Positions 24,335 to 31,768 of a stretch of DNA of 37,777 bases are shown here, piece after piece. The notes beneath the pieces were generated by a model. That model was not told the origin of the DNA, searched no databases, and was given only the letters and a program-made list of their open reading frames with translations. The translations under genes and the position numbers were made by a program. Within the stretch, counting starts at the first letter, position 1; each line of letters starts with the position of its first letter. This DNA comes from Nanobdellota archaeon (GTDB lineage: Archaea > Nanobdellota > Nanobdellia > Pacearchaeales > GW2011-AR1): positions 1-37,777 of the forward strand of contig JBBTAB010000041.1 in assembly GCA_038044425.1 (NCBI GenBank), written 5' to 3'.

Positions 24335-24358
24335 GGTTTATATCTCGGTCGGGGCGTG
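24335..24358 (+). repeat. Direct repeat copy 4: tRNA-Glu T-loop-to-3'-end remnant
   Basis: GGTTtatATCtCGGTCGGGGCGTG versus the tRNA GGTTcgaATCcCGGTCGGGGCGTG, 20/24 identical. Confidence 0.75.
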
Positions 24359-24436
24359 TGTTAAAAGAACGTTAGAAAAAGAAAGTATATTATAAATAAC
24401 CATAAACCTTATAAGAAGTTACTATCTGATTTTTTA

Positions 24437-25408
24437 ATGGATTATGCCGTAGATTTTGTACTAAAAACTATGCAGGATTTAAGTTCTTCTAAACCTGTTT
24501 TATTTCAAAGAGATGGGTCCCTATATGTTGCTTCATCTGATGGATTTGGACAAGTCAAATACGGGCTAAATACAAGACCTATAGAAATCCGAGATTGGGA
24601 AAAAAGAGAACAACCACCGGAAATTGCAGAATCCGAAGATATCTTTGAGGGGGTTAGTGGGGACGTTCGTGGAAAATTAAAAATAAGGGATAGTGAGGCC
24701 CCTTATTTAAAAGCAATCTCTTTCGGTTCTGATGATAATTCATTTACATTGGAAGATATCGCAAAAACAGCCGAACAACTTGCCGGATTGCCTGATGATG
24801 GAAAAATTCGTATGGTTTCCCATGATAGCGGTTATCATAGTCATAAATATGGGTATGCTTCTGATGGGATTGATGTTTGGATAGATAGAGCAAGAGTAAT
24901 GAACAGGGAGAGATATTTAGAATTATTAAGAAATGCGGAAGAGGGGATTATCCAAAATATTGAAGATTTAGATAAAATTGAAGATAAACAACGCATCTCT
25001 GGTGCTTATGAAAAACTACTGTTCCCAGACCGCATGATTATGACTCCTCATATGATAGTTAGTTTGCCAAGATATGGGTACTTGCATCTGCATAGAGAGG
25101 AACCAGATTCATGGACACGAATGACTAGCTTAGAGGGGGGAATCTTGCATTATTCAGAATTAAGGATTCATGATGAATCTCCTTTTGGTATAAATATTAA
25201 ATTAAATGCAAAAACTCAAAGGACAATAAGTGAAGCAAAGGAAACATTAAAAAAAATGGATGAGGAAGTAGATGCAGTAAAATCAAATATGGCAATTGCT
25301 GAAACATTTATTTCAAGAATTAATGAGGTACATAATAAAATCTGTGCAAAAGATATTGAATGGTCTAAAAGTCTAAGAAAAAGGGTAAGAGAAAAAGTAA
25401 TCGCCTGA
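24437..25408 (+). CDS. Hypothetical 323-aa protein directly after the last att-like remnant
   Basis: Long ORF with no domain recognisable by eye. His/Tyr-rich patches (HDSGYHSHKYGY, RYGYLHLHRE) and a helical C-terminal third. Confidence 0.55.
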   Translation: MDYAVDFVLKTMQDLSSSKPVLFQRDGSLYVASSDGFGQVKYGLNTRPIEIRDWEKREQPPEIAESEDIFEGVSGDVRGKLKIRDSEAPYLKAISFGSDDNSFTLEDIAKTAEQLAGLPDDGKIRMVSHDSGYHSHKYGYASDGIDVWIDRARVMNRERYLELLRNAEEGIIQNIEDLDKIEDKQRISGAYEKLLFPDRMIMTPHMIVSLPRYGYLHLHREEPDSWTRMTSLEGGILHYSELRIHDESPFGINIKLNAKTQRTISEAKETLKKMDEEVDAVKSNMAIAETFISRINEVHNKICAKDIEWSKSLRKRVREKVIA

Positions 25409-25461
25409 TATAATTCTCTATGCCTTAACATTTATAATCTTTCTGAATATAAGTATGCTTA

Positions 25462-26118
25462 ATGAATCAGCAACAAAAAATATCAAAAGTAATGGACCTC
25501 CTGGCTGCGCATTTTGATTACAAAGATAGGACTACATTAAATAGAATGCGGGAAAAGCCAAATGCATTCAAAATCCTCATTGCCTGCCTTCTCTCTTTAA
25601 GAACACAGGACAAAAACACAGAGAAAGCAAGTTCTGCGCTTTTTGCAGTAGCAGATACTCCTGAAAAAATAATCAAGCTCCCAATTAAAAAGCTAGAAAA
25701 AATAATCTTCTCTTCTGGCCATTATAAAAAGAAATCGCGGGTTCTGCAACATGTTTCTCGAGAATTAATAAAAAGGTTTCAAGGAAAAGTTCCTTCTGAC
25801 AAAGAACAGTTATTATCAATAAAAGGAATTGGGCCAAAAACAGCAAACATTGTTCTTGCTTTTGCATATGGGCAAGAAGTTCTTCCTATTGATACTCATT
25901 GCCATAGGATTCCAAACAGGCTTGGCTGGGTAAAAACAAAAACGCCTGAGCAGACAGAAAAAGAGCTTGAAAAAGTTCTTCCCAGAAAATACTGGCCAGA
26001 GTTTAATGCCCTTTTTGTCCTCTTTGGGCAGACAATCTGCCAGCCAATTTCCCCAAAATGCTCAGAATGCCCTGTGAGGAAATACTGCCCGAGAATCAGT
26101 GTTGTGAGAAGCAGATAA
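25462..26118 (+). CDS. nth: Endonuclease III (DNA glycosylase / AP lyase)
   Basis: HhH-GPD motif LLSIKGIGPKTANIVL and a C-terminal 4Fe-4S loop C-x6-C-x2-C-x5-C (CQPISPKCSECPVRKYC). Confidence 0.85.
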   Translation: MNQQQKISKVMDLLAAHFDYKDRTTLNRMREKPNAFKILIACLLSLRTQDKNTEKASSALFAVADTPEKIIKLPIKKLEKIIFSSGHYKKKSRVLQHVSRELIKRFQGKVPSDKEQLLSIKGIGPKTANIVLAFAYGQEVLPIDTHCHRIPNRLGWVKTKTPEQTEKELEKVLPRKYWPEFNALFVLFGQTICQPISPKCSECPVRKYCPRISVVRSR

Positions 26119-26307
26119 TTATTTTTTCTTTCTTTTCATTAAAACTATGTTCAAAATTAATCCAAGAACAGCAACTCCTGCTATCTCATAGTTATAAATC
26201 AAAACATTGCTCTGGAGAACCTTATTCATATTAAAAATCATGTTTATCAAGCTATAAACAAGAGCTCCTATCCAAAAACCTATCCCATATTTATATAATT
26301 CTTTCAT
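26119..26307 (-). CDS. Small two-TM membrane protein
   Basis: 62 aa, hydrophobic, with a KRKKK tail. It abuts the nth stop. Confidence 0.4.
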   Translation of the reverse strand: MKELYKYGIGFWIGALVYSLINMIFNMNKVLQSNVLIYNYEIAGVAVLGLILNIVLMKRKKK

Positions 26308-26406
26308 AGATTCCTAAAGGCTAATTTGCTTATAAATTCGCTTATTAAATTTGAAACTCCTAACAGGTGGTTGGAATTGATTAACTTTTCAAATCAAAAA
26401 ATTTAA

Positions 26407-26685
26407 TTAATTATCTCTATGGTCCAACTTTAGTAATAAACCTTCTAATTGATTTATTCTTTGCTTTGCGGTTTCCTCGGCGAACTCAAGTTCTTTGACT
26501 GTTGGCATATCACAAAGATGATAAATCTGTGCGCCAATAAGAGTTATAAGAAAATAATGGGGTATCCTACTAATAGTATAAAAAGGTCTTTTTTTAAATT
26601 CTCTTCCAAATGCTTTCGAACTACCTTTTATAGCCCTTGATAAATGTTGGCTATATGTATGGGGCATCTTTTTAGCTATCTTCAT
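26407..26685 (-). CDS. Hypothetical protein
   Basis: 92-aa ORF with no motif. Confidence 0.4.
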   Translation of the reverse strand: MKIAKKMPHTYSQHLSRAIKGSSKAFGREFKKRPFYTISRIPHYFLITLIGAQIYHLCDMPTVKELEFAEETAKQRINQLEGLLLKLDHRDN

Positions 26686-26784
26686 GTACTTTTAAATATT
26701 ATGATGTTAAAATTCAAAAGCCCATTTTACGCACCATATTAAACAAGTAGATAGCTTTAAAAATAAATTTTTCTAAGTTCTATT

Positions 26785-26901
26785 ATGAAGAGAAGCTCAA
26801 GGCGCTGGAAAAAGAAGAACCAGATGAGATGGAAATGGCAGAGAAAACGCCTTAGAAAAGAAAAGCACAAGAGAAAGCTGAGAAGAGCAAGAAGCAAGTA
26901 A
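26785..26901 (+). CDS. rpl41e: Ribosomal protein L41e (38 aa), below the ORF-track cutoff
   Basis: Hand translation gives MKRSSRRWKKKNQMRWKWQRKRLRKEKHKRKLRRARSK*. The extremely basic KRSSRRWKKK...MRWKW...KRLRR pattern matches archaeal L41e as I recall it. Confidence 0.7.
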   Translation: MKRSSRRWKKKNQMRWKWQRKRLRKEKHKRKLRRARSK

Positions 26902-27035
26902 GAATATTTCTAATTATAAGAATTCTCAAAAATAACACAACAATATTTATAAGCCGCATTTTCTTAAGGGATTTACGCCTCACGTCAAAGGTAAAATTGA
27001 CGGTCAAAATAAAATTTGACAAATTAAAAAATAAA

Positions 27036-27995
27036 ATGGCTTCTGAAATCTGGACAGAAAAATACAGGCCTGGGAAATTTCAAGAGATGGTTGGCCAAGA
27101 TAACATAATAAAAAAGGTTGAAGCTCTGGCTGGTTCTCTTAATATACCCCATCTTCTTTTTGCAGGCCCTGCGGGAACAGGAAAATCAACCCTTGCTTTG
27201 ATAATAGTAAAAGAGATTTTCGGAAAAAACTGGCGTGAAAACTACCTGGAACTAAATGCTTCTGATGAACGAGGGATAAATGTAATAAGAGAAAAGGTCA
27301 AGAATTTTGCAAGGACAAAGTCTATTGGAAACGTGCCATTTAAGATAATCTTCCTGGATGAAGCAGATGCTCTAACTCCTGAAGCCCAGCAAGCCCTGAG
27401 AAGAACAATGGAAAATTACTCCACAACCTGCAGATTTATTCTTTCCTGTAATTATTCCAGCAAAATAATAGACCCGATACAATCCAGGTGCGCAATGTTC
27501 AGGTTTAAGCTACTGGAAAAAAAAGATATAGAAAAAATTATCAGAAAAATAGAAGAAGGAGAAAAGTTAAAAATCAATCCTGATGCTCTTGAATTAATCT
27601 ACGAAGGAAGCGAGGGTGACTGCAGGCGATGTATCAACATTTTACAATCCACAGCATCTATATCTCCTGCAATAAGCTTTGACTTAGTTTCAACAATAAT
27701 TTCCAGTGCAAAGCCGAAAGACATCCGTGTTGTTTTGGATTATTCTATTTCCGGAGATTTCCAGAAAGCCAGGGAAAAGCTCCTGGATTTAATGCTTCGC
27801 GACGGGATTTCTGGGCAAGATGTAATAAAAGCAATTCAGAAAGAAATTTGGAACCTTCCTGTAGAGCCAGAAGTAAAAGTTAAGCTGACAGAAAAGACAG
27901 GAGAAGCAGAATTCAGAATTGTTGAGGGTTCTGACCCTTTCATTCAGCTTCAAAGCCTGCTTGCAAGCTTTGTCCTTGCGGGTTTAGGGCTTTAA
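27036..27995 (+). CDS. rfcS: Replication factor C small subunit
   Basis: WTEKYRP start box, Walker A GPAGTGKST, Walker B IIFLDEADALT and the SRC motif (QSRCAMFRF). The ATG at 27036 (MASEIWTEKYRP) is preferred over the TTG-initiated track start at 26997. Confidence 0.9.
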   Translation: MASEIWTEKYRPGKFQEMVGQDNIIKKVEALAGSLNIPHLLFAGPAGTGKSTLALIIVKEIFGKNWRENYLELNASDERGINVIREKVKNFARTKSIGNVPFKIIFLDEADALTPEAQQALRRTMENYSTTCRFILSCNYSSKIIDPIQSRCAMFRFKLLEKKDIEKIIRKIEEGEKLKINPDALELIYEGSEGDCRRCINILQSTASISPAISFDLVSTIISSAKPKDIRVVLDYSISGDFQKAREKLLDLMLRDGISGQDVIKAIQKEIWNLPVEPEVKVKLTEKTGEAEFRIVEGSDPFIQLQSLLASFVLAGLGL

Positions 27996-27996
27996 G

Positions 27997-28299
27997 ATGA
28001 TAAAAATAACCGAAGCAGGATTGAAAAGGCATCTTGAAGAAAGAGTGATTGTTGGGTTTGATAGAGAATCTATAATTAAAAAAGTTAGAAAAAATACAGG
28101 CTGGGTAAGATTGGGAGTTTTACAGATTGATTCTTCCGGAATCTATATCAGGCGTTTCAAAAAAATAAACACAGATATACGCGATTGCGCATGGGCAGAG
28201 CTAAACGGCTCGTACAGGCTGAGAAATGGGGATTACATTGCAATCCGTGTGGATGATCACCTAAGATATTATCTTATTGCCAGATTGAACAGGAGTTAA
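27997..28299 (+). CDS. Hypothetical 100-aa protein embedded in the RFC operon
   Basis: It starts 1 nt after the rfcS stop and ends 1 nt before the next start. No known motif. Confidence 0.55.
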   Translation: MIKITEAGLKRHLEERVIVGFDRESIIKKVRKNTGWVRLGVLQIDSSGIYIRRFKKINTDIRDCAWAELNGSYRLRNGDYIAIRVDDHLRYYLIARLNRS

Positions 28300-28300
28300 G

Positions 28301-28696
28301 ATGAAACAACTAACATTTCGATTAAAATCAGGTCAACTCCTGAAGGAAGAAATCGAGAGGAGAACTAAGAATATTAAAGCAGGAGTTTTATTATCTATTG
28401 TTGGTGGTCTTGAGAATGCCGTATTGAGAATGGCCGGGTCAGAACCAGACAATCAGATAGTGAAAGAATTGAGTGGTCCCCTTGAAATTGTGTCTGGTAC
28501 AGGAACTATCTCAAAAGATGGATGCCATATTCATGTGTCATTATCTAATCAAAAAGGATATGTTCTTGGTGGACATTTAAAAGATGGTTGCAAAGTAAAG
28601 TCTACAGCCGAGATTGTTATAGGATTATTCGAAGATATTTCCTATAAAAGAGTTTACGATGATAATACTGGTTTTAAGGAGTTAGAAACCGAGTAA
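28301..28696 (+). CDS. PPC/DUF296-domain (AT-hook-associated DNA-binding fold) protein
   Basis: 131 aa. GPLEIVSGTGTISKDGCHIHVSLSNQKGYVLGGHLKDGCKVKSTAEIVI follows the PPC pattern (...G-x-[IL]...H-x-H...G-G-H-[LV]...E-[IV]). Confidence 0.6.
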   Translation: MKQLTFRLKSGQLLKEEIERRTKNIKAGVLLSIVGGLENAVLRMAGSEPDNQIVKELSGPLEIVSGTGTISKDGCHIHVSLSNQKGYVLGGHLKDGCKVKSTAEIVIGLFEDISYKRVYDDNTGFKELETE

Positions 28697-28723
28697 TTTC
28701 AAAAGATAGTAATAAAATAAAAA

Positions 28724-29932
28724 ATGCCGGAACAAAAAATAGAACGCGCAACAACCTGGACAGAAAAATACAGACCGAAAACTTTTGCTGAGATAGAAGG
28801 CCAGGACCAGACTGTTTTTTTGTTAAAGGATTTTCTAAAAAAATTCGGGAGCGGTAACAGGGCTATAATCCTTCACGGCCCTCCTGGAACAGGTAAAACT
28901 TGCCTGGCTTATGCTGCTGCTAATGAAAATAAGGCAGAACTCTTTGAGTTAAATGCCTCTGACTTAAGAAACAGGGAAAAATTACGCGAGATTCTGCGAC
29001 CGGCAACAGAGCAAAAATCATTGGTAAGAGAGAATAAAATAATTCTCGTTGATGAAGTAGATGGTATTTCAGAGACAGACCGCGGTGGATTGCTAGAGTT
29101 GCTTGCTCTTGTTGAATCCTCTGCATATCCTATGGTAATAACTGCAAATGATATCTGGGACAGGAAATTTACAGGATTAAGAAAAAAATCAGATTTGCTG
29201 CAGCTGAAAGAAATAGATTACAAAACAATAAAAAATATTCTTATATCTATCTTAAGAAAAGAGAAAAAATTCCTTGATGAAGACGTTATTACAAATATTT
29301 CCATAAAGGCCCGCGGAGATTTAAGAGCTGCCATAAATGATCTGCAGACAGCTTCTGGCATGAAAGATCCTTCTAAAATAATAATAGATGAAAGAAATAA
29401 AGAGACAGATATTTTCTCTGCCTTAAGAATGATTTTCAAGGGAAAACCCACAGAAAGCATGCTCCAGATTTTTGATTCCGTCAACATGCCCTTGGATGAG
29501 ATAATGCTGTGGGTAGAAGAGAATATTCCGGCAGAATACTCTGGCATTGAACTTGCAAAAGCAATAGATGCTTTAAGCAGGGTAGATATTTTCAAAAGAA
29601 GAATCTACAAACAGCAGTACTGGCGTTTCCTTGTTTATGAAAATGCATTTTTAAGCTATGGAATTTCCAGCGCAAAGAAGAATGTTAAAACAGGTTTTAC
29701 CAGCTATAAAAAACCCACAAGGATATTAAAAATCTGGCTCAACAACCAGAAGACAGAAAAGAAAAAATCCATCGCAGGAAAATATGCACAGTATGTTCAT
29801 ATAGGAGAAAAAAGAGCTATAAAAGAATTTCTTATGATAAAACCATTTCTTTTAAAGCCAGAAGTTCAGAAAGAATTAAAGCTTTCGGAAGAGGAAATTG
29901 AGTATCTGAATAAAGTGGAACAGAATGCATAA
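28724..29932 (+). CDS. rfcL: Replication factor C large subunit
   Basis: WTEKYRPKTF box, Walker A HGPPGTGKT, Walker B IILVDEVDGIS and GDLRAAINDLQ (sensor region). 402 aa. Confidence 0.85.
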   Translation: MPEQKIERATTWTEKYRPKTFAEIEGQDQTVFLLKDFLKKFGSGNRAIILHGPPGTGKTCLAYAAANENKAELFELNASDLRNREKLREILRPATEQKSLVRENKIILVDEVDGISETDRGGLLELLALVESSAYPMVITANDIWDRKFTGLRKKSDLLQLKEIDYKTIKNILISILRKEKKFLDEDVITNISIKARGDLRAAINDLQTASGMKDPSKIIIDERNKETDIFSALRMIFKGKPTESMLQIFDSVNMPLDEIMLWVEENIPAEYSGIELAKAIDALSRVDIFKRRIYKQQYWRFLVYENAFLSYGISSAKKNVKTGFTSYKKPTRILKIWLNNQKTEKKKSIAGKYAQYVHIGEKRAIKEFLMIKPFLLKPEVQKELKLSEEEIEYLNKVEQNA

Positions 29933-30096
29933 AATGTAAAAAAGTTGTTATATGGAAAAGATAATAATTAATAATAAATTTAATCAGTTGCCGATAAAAT
30001 TAACATATTTATTATGGTTAAGGGCATCTTTATAATAACATTCACTCAACTTACATCCATAACTAATTTTATAAATCTCTTCTCCTAAATAGTAAG

Positions 30097-31407
30097 ATGA
30101 GTTATGATATAATTGTTGGCAGGGATTCTGCTGACAAAAAAGCTTTTGGTGACCGAGGTATTATATCTATTGGAAAAGGCTATGTAAAAATGGGGCAATA
30201 TACTTCTTTAAGCAATAAAATTTTCATGGATATTTCAAGAAGCCATGTTGTTCTTGTGGCTGGAAAAAGAGGCTCTGGAAAATCATATACATTAGGAGTT
30301 ATAGCAGAAGAACTTTCAAACCTCCCGAAAGAAGCAAGCCAGAATATAGGTTCTTTAATATTTGACACCATGGGAATTTACTGGACAATGAAGTTCAAGA
30401 ATGAAAAAGATAAAACCCTGCTTTCAGAATGGGACTTAAAACCAAGAAACCTTCCTGTAAAAGTCTTTGTTCCTTTTGGGCATTATGATTCATATCTTGA
30501 AAAAGGAATTCCGGCAGACAGTGTTTTCGCTCTTGATGTAAATGAGATGAATCCTGAAGACTGGGTTCTTACGTTTGGCCTTGATTTGATAAATCCAATT
30601 GCTGTTTTGATACAAAGAACTTTAACAAAATTGAAAGAGAGAGGATCTTTTGATCTGGATAATATTCTTGAAGCATTAGAAGAAGACAAAAAAGATTCTC
30701 AAGAGGTTAGGAACGCAGCAATAGGTTTATTTGAAGCAGCAAATACATGGGGAATATTTGCCAAAAGAGGCGAGGATTCCACAAGAGTTGAGGAACTGAT
30801 AAATGCAGGAACCACTAGTGTTCTTGACTTAAGTGTTTACAACGCTGTGGGAGCTTTTAATATTCGTGCTCTTGTAATAAGCCTTCTTTGCAGAAAGATT
30901 TTCAATCAAAGAATGTCTGCCAGAAAAGAAGAAGAAGTAGATTCTGTTGCCCGTGGCTTAGATTACTTGTCCAGTGAAATGAAAAGAGATAACCCTTTGG
31001 TATGGATTTTCATAGATGAAGCCCATGAATTTCTGCCTTTGGATGGAAAAACAGTTGCAACAGATGCCTTAATCCAGCTTTTGAGAGAAGGCAGGCAGCC
31101 AGGAATTTCCCTAGTCCTTGCCACACAGCAGCCAGGGCAAATACATCATGATGTTATGACCCAGTCAGACATCGTAATTGCCCATAGGGTTACTTCCAAA
31201 CCAGATGTCGAGGCCTTGAATTATATAATGCAGTCTTATATCCTTGAAAGCATAAAAAAGCAGATGGATGATCTGCCAAGTCTAAAAGGTTCTGCAATTC
31301 TTCTTGACGATAATTCAGAGAGAATCTATCCTATGAGAATCAGGCCGAGATTCACCTGGCATGGTGGAGAAGCACCAACTGCCATTAGGGCTGAAAAGAA
31401 TCTTTAG
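30097..31407 (+). CDS. HerA/FtsK-like P-loop ATPase (DUF87-type)
   Basis: Walker A LVAGKRGSGKSYTLG, Walker B WIFIDEAHEF, then LLREGRQPGISLVLATQQP (arginine-finger region), as in HerA-family ATPases. No NurA-like partner is visible. Confidence 0.7.
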   Translation: MSYDIIVGRDSADKKAFGDRGIISIGKGYVKMGQYTSLSNKIFMDISRSHVVLVAGKRGSGKSYTLGVIAEELSNLPKEASQNIGSLIFDTMGIYWTMKFKNEKDKTLLSEWDLKPRNLPVKVFVPFGHYDSYLEKGIPADSVFALDVNEMNPEDWVLTFGLDLINPIAVLIQRTLTKLKERGSFDLDNILEALEEDKKDSQEVRNAAIGLFEAANTWGIFAKRGEDSTRVEELINAGTTSVLDLSVYNAVGAFNIRALVISLLCRKIFNQRMSARKEEEVDSVARGLDYLSSEMKRDNPLVWIFIDEAHEFLPLDGKTVATDALIQLLREGRQPGISLVLATQQPGQIHHDVMTQSDIVIAHRVTSKPDVEALNYIMQSYILESIKKQMDDLPSLKGSAILLDDNSERIYPMRIRPRFTWHGGEAPTAIRAEKNL

Positions 31408-31441
31408 GAAGTTTTATAAATAAGTAGTATAAAACAATTTT

Positions 31442-31690
31442 GTGACAACAGAATTAACAGATTATATAGAAGCTGGGGAGAAGAAATTCCCAAGAATATC
31501 TACAAGAAAGAAGCTTGAAGAACTTGGAGCAAGACACTTAGAAACAGATAAATTTAATTTAGGCGGAGTAGAAAGAACTATAGAATATATGATTATAGAA
31601 GAGGGTTATGCTATAGTATGGCGAAGAGTTAAAAATAGTGAAAATTACCGGTTATATCTTATTGCACCAGAAGTAGTTAAATTTTCTTAA
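31442..31690 (+). CDS. Hypothetical 82-aa protein (GTG start)
   Basis: Short ORF 35 nt downstream of the ATPase. No motif, and the start codon is uncertain. Confidence 0.35.
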   Translation: MTTELTDYIEAGEKKFPRISTRKKLEELGARHLETDKFNLGGVERTIEYMIIEEGYAIVWRRVKNSENYRLYLIAPEVVKFS

Positions 31691-31700
31691 TTCAATATCT

Positions 31701-31767
31701 TAAAATCAACCCTAACCCTAAACTTGTAAGGCGCTATTTCCCCTGCTTTCTTAACTTTTAATATTTT
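31701..31767. repeat. 67-bp direct repeat, copy A (non-coding duplicate of the trm5 3' end)
   Basis: 66/67 identical to 32885..32951 at an offset of 1184 bp. The single mismatch (31708 A versus 32892 C) falls on a third-codon position of the trm5 reading frame (GTT versus GTG, both Val). Confidence 0.9.
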
Positions 31768-31768
31768 C

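Larger units (their letters stand above)
21502..24358 (+). mobile_element. Array of three short integrase-less gene cassettes bounded by tRNA-Glu 3'-end remnants
   Basis: The same-orientation core CGGTCGGGGCGT occurs at 21491, 22046, 23706 and 24346. The intervals carry self-contained gene sets. No recombinase or transposase-like ORF was recognised in or next to the array. Confidence 0.5.

Noticed and set aside
21502-24436. A split SSV-type integrase, with the integrase gene partitioned by integration so that its halves read through the att copies.
   Set aside because: No ORF on either strand spans or abuts any of the repeat cores. The ORFs nearest the cores end 35-74 nt away and show no recombinase motifs that I can recognise.
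26997-27035. A TTG-initiated 13-codon N-terminal extension of rfcS in the track ORF.
   Set aside because: RFC small subunits begin close to the WTEKYRP box. An ATG at 27036 gives MASEIWTEKYRP, and the extension is Lys-rich filler.
31708-31723. The telomere-like CCCTAACCCTAAA inside the 67-bp repeat, also present at 32892..32907.
   Set aside because: There are only two units. In copy B it simply encodes FRVRV at the Trm5 C-terminus. A prokaryotic context gives no reason to invoke telomeric function.
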